DNA of 64,000 nt from Candidatus Thalassarchaeum betae. Lineage in GTDB: Archaea > Thermoplasmatota > Poseidoniia > Poseidoniales > Thalassarchaeaceae. Shown here in pieces: positions 17,333 to 25,829 of the stretch. Numbering within the stretch: position 1 is the stretch's first letter; each line of letters starts with the position of its first letter. Below the pieces are notes generated by a model. The model saw nothing but the letters and a program-made list of their open reading frames with translations, ran no database searches and was not told the DNA's origin. Made by a program: the position numbers and the translations under genes. The stretch lies in contig JAKUUP010000006.1 in NCBI GenBank assembly GCA_022447095.1, forward strand, positions 2,123 through 66,122. Reading direction: 5' to 3'.

Positions 17333-20300
17333 CTAGCCTACGGTGAAAGTGACTCCGATGCCATCGACTTCGAACGAGTCCGCATCAGGGGGCGCCGCAC
17401 CCTCGTTGAGCACTGCGCTGCCGGCACGAGTCTCGCTCTGGACATGCGACCAGTCCTCGTCTGCCAGTTCGCCACCGTCTATCCACAACGACAGTGCGAT
17501 TGTATCTTCAACGGCGAGGTCCAACTCCTTGCGCTTCGACTGGATTCTGCGGATGACGTCGCGCGCGAGTCCGCGCGACATCAGCTCGTCGTCGATGGCC
17601 ATGTCTAGCACCAGAGAGACATCTCCGAAGTCCTCGTCAGCCAGAGTGGCGGCCGAGTAACCCTCCTTCTCGGTGCGGCGCACCTCGATGTCGTCCATGG
17701 TTATCTGATATCCAGCGAGGGCGGCGATACCGGCCTCGACCTCCAGTAGGAGAGAGTCCGGGTCAGCGGTTTCCAGCTCGGCCAGCACCGCCGGCAGATC
17801 GGACCTGCACTTGGCGCCCAACTTCTTCCTGTTCGGCTCGAGCACAATCCTCTGGAAACGGTCGAGGTCCTCCTCGGTCATCAGGCTCTCGACATTCAAC
17901 TCCTCCGCCAGAATCTCGTGGAAGTCAGAGAGGTCCGGTCCGCCTATGATCCAGCCGTTGCGGCACGGTAGCCTCTGCCGGCGCCCCTCCTCGACCCGAA
18001 CGCGCCTGCCCGTTTCAGCGAGCGCGCGCACGAGAGACATCTGTTGTTCCAGACCGTAGTCACGTGGAGGTAGATCGCGCTCGACCAGCGTCGACCCGAC
18101 CGGCCAGTCGGCCAGATGGACAGACGAGCCGCCGAGATCGCGATGAATCCTGTCGGACATGAACGGAGCGACCGGCGCCATCAGGCGACAGACCAGCAGC
18201 AGAGCCTCGTGTAGCGTGTGCTGGCAGGCTCGCTTGTCATTGCTGTCTGCCTCGTCCCAGAGCCTGCGGCGCGAGCGCCGTACATACCAGTTGGATAGGT
18301 CATTAGCGACGAAGTCCTCGAGTTCGCGGCCGGCCTTGTGGAAGTCCCAAGACTCGAAGTGCTCGTGGTACGACTCTGCCATCGCGCAAGCCTTCGACAG
18401 CACCCAGCGGTCAAGCGGGCTGCGCTCAGACACAGCGACGTAGCCAGACTCGTCGTCGGCATCGAAACCGTCCATTGCGGCGTAGTCGGCGTGGAAGCGG
18501 TAGACGTTCCACAATGTGAGGAACATCTTGGCGTAGGACTCTCGAACTCCATTGGGGTCGAAATTGGTGGGTGACCACGGCGCACTTTGCGTAGTCATGT
18601 ACCAACGGATCGAGTCAGCCCCCTCCTTGTTGAAGTGGTCCCACGAGTCGACGACGTTGCCCTTCGACTTGCTCATCTTCTTTCCTTCCTTGTCCAGAAT
18701 GTGACCTAGAGAGAGGCAGCGGTGGTAACAGGTGCTCTCGAACACGGCTGTAGAGACGGCGAGGAGCGAGTAAAACCAGCCCCGTGTCTGGTCGACGGCT
18801 TCGCAGATATAGTCCACGGGGAACGAGCCATCAAACTTGTTTTTGTTCTCAAACGGATAGTGCCACTGGGCGAACGAAGCGCAACCAGAGTCGAACCAGC
18901 AGTCCATGACGTAGGGCTCCCGTACCATCTCTCCCGAGCAACCGCTCGAGGGGCAGTGCAGCTTTACGTCGTCCACGTAAGGACGGTGCAACTCTGGGGG
19001 CACAGGCGAGCCATCGGTCTTCATCGATCCCATCTCTTCGATGCTGCCTATGCAATGCTCGTGACCGCAATCTGGGCAAATCCACACGGGGATAGGGGTG
19101 CCCCAGTAGCGCTCGCGACTGATCGCCCAGTCCTTGATGTTCGAGAGCCACTCTCCCATGCGCTTGGTGCCAGTCCACTCGGGGGCCCATTCGACTTCAG
19201 AGTTGTACTGCATTATCTCATCGCGCACCGCGGTCATACGGACGAACCAACTGTCCATCGCGTAGTACAGTAGTGGGTGGTCGGTACGCCAGCAGTGAGG
19301 GTAGTCGTGAGTATAGATGTGCTCGCGGTAGAGCAGGTCCTGGTCGGCGAGGTGGTCGATGATATCGGAATCACAGTCCTTGACGTAGCGACCATCGAGC
19401 AGATGATGGGTACCGGCGACGAAGGCGCCGTCTATGCCTACGGTGTGCTGAGCCGGGAAGCCGACCTCCATTCCGAGGTTGTAGTCCTCCTCGCCGTACA
19501 TCACTGCGGTATGGACCACACCCGTTCCGTCAGTGGTGGTCACAAAGTCGGCAGCGACGACCGTCCAGGCACTCTCGGAGCCGCCTCGCTCAACCGCGTC
19601 GGGGAACAGTGGGCGGTAGGCCTTGCCGATGAGTTGCGAGCCGGGGAACTCGTCGACGACCTCGATCTGGTGGCGCAGAACGTCTGCGAGCAGGTCCTTG
19701 GCGAGAATCAACTCCTCTCCGACCTCAGCACCGCCACGGCCCTCCCACGAGCCTGCAGGTGGCTCAGTGATGCGGATGCGGCAGTAGGTGACATCAGGTC
19801 CGACGGCGAGCCCCACGTTTCCCGGCAGGGTCCATGGCGTGGTAGTCCAAGCGAGGACGGAGGCATCATCGTCGACGAGTTCGAACTTGATGTAGACAGC
19901 AGGCTCTGAGACCTCTTTGTAGCCCTGAGAGACTTCGTGGGTGGAGTAACTAGTCCCCGTCTGGGGGCAGTAGGGCAGGACTTTGTGACCGCGGAACAGT
20001 AGCCCCTTGTCGAACATCCGCTTGAGTGACCACCATGCGGATTCGATATACTCGTCGTGCAGCGTAACGTAAGGGTCATCCATGTCAATCCAGAAGCCCA
20101 TGCGTTCAGTCATCTCGCGCCACGCCTCCTCGTAGGTCCAGACGCTCTCCTTGCACCTCTCGTTGAACGCCTCCATGCCATACGCCTCGATGGCCTCGTT
20201 GGACATCAGATCGAGTTTCTTCTGTACCTCTATCTCGACGGGCAGACCATGGGTGTCCCAGCCGCCCTTACGCTCGACGACGTGCCCCTCCATGGTCTTC

Positions 20301-20518
20301 CATCGGCATACCATGTCCTTGAACAGCCTCGAGATGACGTGGTGGATGCCCGGCCGGCCGTTGGCCGTGGGTGGCCCCTCGAGGAAGGTGAAGGGGCTGG
20401 CCCCCTCTCGGCGCGCCTCGATAGTCGCTTCGAAGGTCCCCTCTTCGCCCCATGTCTCCATCAAGGCAGTCTCTAGGGCGACCGGGTCGAGGCCGCCGGC
20501 TGGTTCGGGTACGCCCAT
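17333..20518 (-). CDS. ileS: isoleucyl-tRNA synthetase (archaeal/eukaryotic type, 1061 aa)
   Basis: HIGH-region PTANGRPGIHH, KMSKS (KMSKSKGN), typical editing-domain length. Confidence 0.95.
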   Translation of the reverse strand: MGVPEPAGGLDPVALETALMETWGEEGTFEATIEARREGASPFTFLEGPPTANGRPGIHHVISRLFKDMVCRWKTMEGHVVERKGGWDTHGLPVEIEVQKKLDLMSNEAIEAYGMEAFNERCKESVWTYEEAWREMTERMGFWIDMDDPYVTLHDEYIESAWWSLKRMFDKGLLFRGHKVLPYCPQTGTSYSTHEVSQGYKEVSEPAVYIKFELVDDDASVLAWTTTPWTLPGNVGLAVGPDVTYCRIRITEPPAGSWEGRGGAEVGEELILAKDLLADVLRHQIEVVDEFPGSQLIGKAYRPLFPDAVERGGSESAWTVVAADFVTTTDGTGVVHTAVMYGEEDYNLGMEVGFPAQHTVGIDGAFVAGTHHLLDGRYVKDCDSDIIDHLADQDLLYREHIYTHDYPHCWRTDHPLLYYAMDSWFVRMTAVRDEIMQYNSEVEWAPEWTGTKRMGEWLSNIKDWAISRERYWGTPIPVWICPDCGHEHCIGSIEEMGSMKTDGSPVPPELHRPYVDDVKLHCPSSGCSGEMVREPYVMDCWFDSGCASFAQWHYPFENKNKFDGSFPVDYICEAVDQTRGWFYSLLAVSTAVFESTCYHRCLSLGHILDKEGKKMSKSKGNVVDSWDHFNKEGADSIRWYMTTQSAPWSPTNFDPNGVRESYAKMFLTLWNVYRFHADYAAMDGFDADDESGYVAVSERSPLDRWVLSKACAMAESYHEHFESWDFHKAGRELEDFVANDLSNWYVRRSRRRLWDEADSNDKRACQHTLHEALLLVCRLMAPVAPFMSDRIHRDLGGSSVHLADWPVGSTLVERDLPPRDYGLEQQMSLVRALAETGRRVRVEEGRRQRLPCRNGWIIGGPDLSDFHEILAEELNVESLMTEEDLDRFQRIVLEPNRKKLGAKCRSDLPAVLAELETADPDSLLLEVEAGIAALAGYQITMDDIEVRRTEKEGYSAATLADEDFGDVSLVLDMAIDDELMSRGLARDVIRRIQSKRKELDLAVEDTIALSLWIDGGELADEDWSHVQSETRAGSAVLNEGAAPPDADSFEVDGIGVTFTVG

Positions 20519-20620
20519 CGGCCCGGCGACCTACGGCGCTGTATTGAAGATGCCCCGTTCGCCCATAGGGCGAATTCACCGTTTAGTAGGATTCAAGAGT
20601 GCCCGTCGGGACGGTCGAGC

Positions 20621-21262
20621 GTGTCTCAGACGGCGACCATCGCAGTAGGAGGAATGACCTGCACCGGATGCTCGGGCAGGGTTAGGGACGCCCTCGAAGG
20701 TCTGGAAGGGGTCCTCAGCGCCGAGGTCTCCCACGAGACCGGTCAGGCGGTCGTCTCGCATTCCGGGACCGGCCGCGACTCCATGGTAGCGGCGATCACC
20801 GGTGCGGGCTACACCGCCGACGGCGCCAGCGCCGACTTCAACTGGGGAGACGGGGATGTCTGGAGGAAGTCCGCGAACAACACGAAGTGGTGCTTAATCG
20901 GTTGCAGCATTGGCGATTTCGGAACCATAGCAGCTTTCCAGTTTGTATTCACCGACTCGGGATGGAGCCCGATGATGATTATGGCACTGGCCATGTTCAA
21001 TGGAATCATGACCTCAATCGCCCTTGAGACCGTCATCCTATCAGCTCAGATGGCACTGAACGAGGCATTCCGGGTGGCAATCGGAATGTCATTGATTTCG
21101 ATGCTCTCGATGGAAGCGGCGATGAACATCGTCGACCTTGTATTGACCGGGGGGGCCAAACTGACCTGGTGGGTCATTGTCCCGATGCTTGTCGCGGGCT
21201 TCCTGACACCTTGGCCCTACAACTACTGGCGACTGAAGAAGTACGATGCAGCGTGCCACTGA
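20621..21262 (+). CDS. heavy-metal-associated (HMA, MxCxxC) domain fused to a 4-TM membrane domain
   Basis: N-terminus IAVGGMTCTGCSGRVRDALEGLEGVLSAEVSHETGQAVV is a CopZ-like ferredoxin fold. It is followed by hydrophobic helices with an intramembrane Cys pair (WCLIGCSIGDFG). Confidence 0.7.
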   Translation: MSQTATIAVGGMTCTGCSGRVRDALEGLEGVLSAEVSHETGQAVVSHSGTGRDSMVAAITGAGYTADGASADFNWGDGDVWRKSANNTKWCLIGCSIGDFGTIAAFQFVFTDSGWSPMMIMALAMFNGIMTSIALETVILSAQMALNEAFRVAIGMSLISMLSMEAAMNIVDLVLTGGAKLTWWVIVPMLVAGFLTPWPYNYWRLKKYDAACH

Positions 21263-21305
21263 GGGCCCCGGCAACCTTGAATGCACACGTCGTCTACATC
21301 GGTCG

Positions 21306-22733
21306 ATGACCGAGATTTCCCGGCAGACTCCCTGGCTCCCGATAATGATGGTCGTTCTTTTGCTAGTCGTCCTATCCAGTCAGAAATTGGCACCGACCGA
21401 TCAAAGTGACACACAGGATGACGACACGCAGGTCGACTACGGGATTGCATTCCTATCTCCCTCCGAGGGAGATTGGGTAGAGGGAGATTGGGCAGAGGTC
21501 ACCGTATCCACAACAGGCGACCTCGATGAGGAATCACTCGAACTTTGGGTGAACGGCCAATTGGAGGCCACCGAGCCAGTGGCCGACTCAGTCTCCTTCG
21601 ATATCCACGCCTCGGGTTACTCTGATGGAACTGGGTCCCCAGCCGCCCTCGAGCTCGAGATCCGAGTGGGTACGCACAACGCTGGAAGGCTGAGCTTCAC
21701 AGCAATCTTCCCCCAGAGGCTGACCGACAGCCCCGCTGAGGACATCCAGCCGGAGTGGAACACCGAGGGCGACACTCTGCTGTTCAAGTCCTCGAGAGGC
21801 CTAGAAGAGGGCGCCTATGAGATATACAGATTGTCTCCAGATGGCAGTGAACCTTCGCTGGTGACCACCGAGCAGAGGTACCACGGTTATCCGGGTTGGT
21901 CTCCTGATGGCAGCCACGTGGTGTTCAACTCCTGGGTGCGCAATAGCGAATCGGACAGCCACCAGATGGAGATCTTCACGGCGAGCATCTTGACGGGTGA
22001 GACTCACAGGGTAACCGACAACGCGGCGTTTGACGACTCGGGCCGGTGGTCGCCGGACGGCACTGAGATAATCTTCTACTCGAACAGGGATGGCACGATG
22101 GACCTCTGGAAGGTTCCAGTGAGCGAGACCGGAGAGCCGACGGGCCCACCGCTCAAACTCGTGGGCACGGATGCGAGGGAGCACTGCGGGCGCTGGTCGC
22201 CGGACGGTGATTGGATAGTCTACGAGTCGGACCAGAGCGGCAGCAACGATATTTGGGTAGTGTCCTCGGACGGAGAGGGGCCGACCCAAGTCACCTTTGA
22301 CGACTACCAGGACGGCTACCCGGCATGGTCTCCGGACGGCTCACACGTCGTCTACAACTCCGTGCGTGGCATCAACGGTGACCTCTACGTCCTCTCGCTC
22401 TTTGATGGGGGGCTGCACCGCCTGACTTCCGACACGGCAATTGACGCACATCCCACTTGGTCAGCTGACGGCCGCCACATCGCCTTCCACTCGGACCGTT
22501 CTGGGGACTTCGACATCTGGATGGTCGAAATCCCCCTGATCGAGGCACCAGAGGACGTCTCAGTCGCGGGAACCATGGTTCCGGCACACGCATCTCCGCT
22601 CACACCCCTCGTGCTGCTCGCAGTGCTCCTAGGAACGGCATCCGGCAACCTTGAATGCCCCCGTTCCCCCCTGAGTACTGATGGGCGAGGTCGTAGCGCT
22701 CCTGCAACTCAATCCGACCGTCGGGGACATTGA
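21306..22733 (+). CDS. TolB-like beta-propeller (PD40/WD40-like repeats) surface protein with signal peptide and C-terminal TM anchor
   Basis: Internal ATG at 21306 gives a signal peptide MTEISRQTPWLPIMMVVLLLVVLSS. Five to six repeats of WSPDGSxxVFNS type. C-terminal helix LTPLVLLAVLLGTASG. The last ~50 nt overlap the nadE start. Confidence 0.7.
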   Translation: MTEISRQTPWLPIMMVVLLLVVLSSQKLAPTDQSDTQDDDTQVDYGIAFLSPSEGDWVEGDWAEVTVSTTGDLDEESLELWVNGQLEATEPVADSVSFDIHASGYSDGTGSPAALELEIRVGTHNAGRLSFTAIFPQRLTDSPAEDIQPEWNTEGDTLLFKSSRGLEEGAYEIYRLSPDGSEPSLVTTEQRYHGYPGWSPDGSHVVFNSWVRNSESDSHQMEIFTASILTGETHRVTDNAAFDDSGRWSPDGTEIIFYSNRDGTMDLWKVPVSETGEPTGPPLKLVGTDAREHCGRWSPDGDWIVYESDQSGSNDIWVVSSDGEGPTQVTFDDYQDGYPAWSPDGSHVVYNSVRGINGDLYVLSLFDGGLHRLTSDTAIDAHPTWSADGRHIAFHSDRSGDFDIWMVEIPLIEAPEDVSVAGTMVPAHASPLTPLVLLAVLLGTASGNLECPRSPLSTDGRGRSAPATQSDRRGH

Positions 22734-24405
22734 ATCCAATGCCTCTGAGATAGAGCGGGCAGCCGCTCTGGCAGCGAGCAACGGGGCTTCGGTCGCGTGG
22801 ACCTGTGAGCTCGCAGTGTGCGGATATCCGCCCCGAGATCTGCTGCTTGAGGACGGCTTCGTCGAGCAGTGTCAGGCCGCTGCCAGCGCAGTGGACTCTC
22901 CGATACCCCTACTCATCGGCTCGCCCATCGATTCGGGCAGCGAGCGCACCAAGCCGGCTAACGGCGCGGTGCGTGTCGGACCTGGTGGCAGCGGTGAAGT
23001 CACCTGCCGCAAGCAGCTGCTGCCGACCTACGATGTGTTCGACGAGGCCCGCTACTTCGAGCCAAACCTCGACGCGGGCCTTGCAACCGCAGCCGGCATG
23101 CATCTCGGGGTGACCATCTGCGAGGACGCATGGCAGCATGTGGGTGATGTGCCCAGCGACTACCGCACAGACCCCATAGAGCAACTGGCGGAGTGGCAGC
23201 AGCGCGACGGGCCGCTCGAACTCACCGTCAACCTCTCAGCGAGCCCATATCACCTTGCCAAGGAGGGCGAGCGCGCAGCGCTGGCAAGAGCCGCCGCAGC
23301 CACCCTCGGCCACCCGTTTGCACTGTGCAATCAGGTCGGTGGCAACGACGACCTCATCTTCGACGGCCGCTCACTGGTCGCATGGCCCGACGGAACCGTC
23401 GTGCAGGCGCCCGGCTGGTGCATGGGTGTGATGCTCGTCGACCTCGACGACCCATCGGCGGCCGGTTGGGTTCCTTGGCCTGAGGGCGAATGCGGACCTG
23501 ATTGCCGGTGCGCTGTGCAAATGGTCGCGCCGGGCGACGAGCCGACTGCACCCGACAGCGGGACTGACCTGCTGAGCGCAATCACCACGGGGCTGGGCGA
23601 CTACTGCCGCAAGTCGGGCATCAAGAGCCTCGTCCTCGGTATGTCCGGGGGCATAGACTCGGCGGTGTGCACGGCGGTAGCCGCGCGCGCTGTCGGGACG
23701 GCAAGTGTGCTGGGTCTCTCAATGCCGAGCAGACACTCGAGCCAGCACTCGATCGACGATGCGGTGGCGACCGCCGAAGCCCTCGGAATCGAGATGCTAT
23801 CGGTGCCGATCAACGAGCTTCACGACGAGGCCGAGGAGGCATTGGCGGGAGAGTTGGTTTCGGGCGACCCGGTGGCTGCTGAGAATCTGCAGGCGCGCAT
23901 ACGGGGGATGCTGGTTATGGGTGCTGCTAACGCGCGCGGCTCGATGGCGGTGGCAACGGGCAACAAGTCGGAACTGGCGGTCGGCTACTGTACCCTGTAC
24001 GGCGATATGAACGGAGGCTATGCTCCTCTCGGAGACCTCTACAAGACCCAAGTCTACGAGCTGGCCCGAGCCATCAACGCCGACGCTGAATCCATAGGCA
24101 ACCCGCCTCCCATCACCGAGTCCACCATCACCAAGCCACCCTCAGCCGAGCTCGCCCCCGACCAGGTCGACCAGGACAGCCTCCCCCCCTACGCCACGCT
24201 CGACGCCATCCTCTACGCTCTCATCGAAGACCTAGCCTCGTCCGAGAGCATCGCCGCTCAGGGCTATGACGAGGCCACAGTGGCGTGGGTCGAGGGCAAA
24301 CTCAACACCAGCGAGCACAAGCGCTGGCAGATGCCACCAGCTCCGAGAGTCAGCGAGCGAGCGTTCGGCCAGGGCTGGAGGCAGCCTCTAGCAGCCAAGC
24401 GCTGA
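22681..24405 (+). CDS. nadE: glutamine-dependent NAD+ synthetase (N-terminal nitrilase/CN-hydrolase domain + NadE domain)
   Basis: CN-hydrolase Cys in CELAVCGYPP. PP-loop SGGIDSAVCTAVAA. 574 aa. Confidence 0.9.
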   Translation: MGEVVALLQLNPTVGDIESNASEIERAAALAASNGASVAWTCELAVCGYPPRDLLLEDGFVEQCQAAASAVDSPIPLLIGSPIDSGSERTKPANGAVRVGPGGSGEVTCRKQLLPTYDVFDEARYFEPNLDAGLATAAGMHLGVTICEDAWQHVGDVPSDYRTDPIEQLAEWQQRDGPLELTVNLSASPYHLAKEGERAALARAAAATLGHPFALCNQVGGNDDLIFDGRSLVAWPDGTVVQAPGWCMGVMLVDLDDPSAAGWVPWPEGECGPDCRCAVQMVAPGDEPTAPDSGTDLLSAITTGLGDYCRKSGIKSLVLGMSGGIDSAVCTAVAARAVGTASVLGLSMPSRHSSQHSIDDAVATAEALGIEMLSVPINELHDEAEEALAGELVSGDPVAAENLQARIRGMLVMGAANARGSMAVATGNKSELAVGYCTLYGDMNGGYAPLGDLYKTQVYELARAINADAESIGNPPPITESTITKPPSAELAPDQVDQDSLPPYATLDAILYALIEDLASSESIAAQGYDEATVAWVEGKLNTSEHKRWQMPPAPRVSERAFGQGWRQPLAAKR

Positions 24406-24438
24406 AATCACGATGGATGACTTGAATAGAAGGACGAG

Positions 24439-24978
24439 ATGGGGGGGCGCATGGCAGAGGGATACGCGGACAAGGGCCACATCATGGCCGTAGAATTCGA
24501 TAGGAAGATTATCGTTTACTGGTGGATAATGGCGAATTTAGGTCTTCTTGTGACAGTGGTTGGAATCATAGCAATGATTGTCTGGATTCCGTTTGGATGG
24601 ATTGTGCATAAGAAGCAGTTCGAGCACATGAGCGGGGCCCTGACAGACCGCTCGATCAATATGCGCATGGGATGGCTATTCAAGAAACAGCAGAACATTC
24701 CCTTGGACAAACTCACAGATGTGTCTATTCACGAGGGCCCAATACTGAACGCATTCGGAGTTGTAAGGATGCAGTTTGAGACAGCTGGTGCTGCACCATT
24801 CATCCTCACCGGGGTGAAAAACTCCGATCAGTTCCGCGACCTCGTTCTTCAGCAAAGAGACTCATTGGTTTCCACCCCTCAACAGTCTGCACCTTCAGAC
24901 GACTCCAACGACGTCCTAGTCGAGATCAGGGATATCCTTCAGCAGATCAATGCGAACCTCACGGGTGATGAAGAGTAG
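24439..24978 (+). CDS. bacterial-type PH domain (YdbS/bPH_2-like) membrane protein
   Basis: Two N-terminal TM helices followed by a PH-like segment (NIPLDKLTDVSIHEGPILNAFGVVRMQFETAG). Gene is AT-richer than flanks by eye. Confidence 0.5.
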   Translation: MGGRMAEGYADKGHIMAVEFDRKIIVYWWIMANLGLLVTVVGIIAMIVWIPFGWIVHKKQFEHMSGALTDRSINMRMGWLFKKQQNIPLDKLTDVSIHEGPILNAFGVVRMQFETAGAAPFILTGVKNSDQFRDLVLQQRDSLVSTPQQSAPSDDSNDVLVEIRDILQQINANLTGDEE

Positions 24979-24984
24979 ACTCCC

Positions 24985-25743
24985 GTGGGTTCAGCCTTTG
25001 TATCACAGGCCCCACCTGACTCCATGCAGAGGTGTGGAGTCGATGAAATCAACTCCGCATTCAAGGCCGGAGAGGAGATATCACTCCTACTGGTGCGCCG
25101 TGACTCCCAGAACCCAGGAGTGGCGCGCCTGAGGGCCATCGCTGAGGAGAGAGGAATTCCTGTCAGGGAAGGCTCCAGAAGTGATGTCTGGAGGATGGCG
25201 AGGGACACCCGCGACGAGACCCCCGATGTGCTCGCATTGGTCGGCCGCAACCCCGATGCAAGCCTCGAAGAAGTACTCGAACGAGGCGGATTGGTCTGGA
25301 TGCTCGCCGGGGCGCGCTACCCGATCAACATCGGCTTCACCATCCGCACCGCTGAGGTCAGCGGCGCTGATGCCGTGTTCGTTGACTGCCAGTTAAGCCA
25401 CAGCGAGCGCAAGGCGGCCCTTCGCGCCTCTATGAAGGCCCACCGTTTCATGCCCGTGCACTGGGTCGACGGCTCGCAAACCATCGATTCAGCCAAGGCT
25501 TCGGGGTTCAGGGTGATAGCAGTCGAGGACAGCGGCCAAGTCGGCCCGTGGGATGCCGACCTGACTGGTGATGTGATGTTAATCGTGGGTGGCGAGCATG
25601 ACGGTATTCCTGACGATATGCTCGCTGCATCGGATCTCGTGGTCCGCATACCGATGAGCGGATTCGTCCCCTCTTACAACCTACAGGCGCCGATGGCCGT
25701 GGTGGCCATAGAGGCTCAACGGCAGCGTGCCGATTGTGACTAG
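24985..25743 (+). CDS. SpoU/TrmH-family RNA 2'-O-methyltransferase (SPOUT)
   Basis: Motifs NIGFTIRTAEVSGADAV and IVGGEHDGIPDDML...RIPMSG...SYNLQAPMAV are typical of TrmH/SpoU. Confidence 0.75.
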   Translation: MGSAFVSQAPPDSMQRCGVDEINSAFKAGEEISLLLVRRDSQNPGVARLRAIAEERGIPVREGSRSDVWRMARDTRDETPDVLALVGRNPDASLEEVLERGGLVWMLAGARYPINIGFTIRTAEVSGADAVFVDCQLSHSERKAALRASMKAHRFMPVHWVDGSQTIDSAKASGFRVIAVEDSGQVGPWDADLTGDVMLIVGGEHDGIPDDMLAASDLVVRIPMSGFVPSYNLQAPMAVVAIEAQRQRADCD

Positions 25744-25829
25744 TGCCTATATTCTCACCAATCTCGGTACAAATGCCATCCAGCAACTCGATTTGAAAAG
25801 AACCGATTCGATAATCCGATTGCGTCGTA

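Noticed and set aside
21246-21305. Upstream extension of the TolB-like ORF (MQRATEGPGNLECTRRLHRS...) overlapping the HMA gene
   Set aside because: The internal ATG at 21306 gives a textbook signal peptide and removes the overlap with the preceding gene, so the extension is probably not translated.
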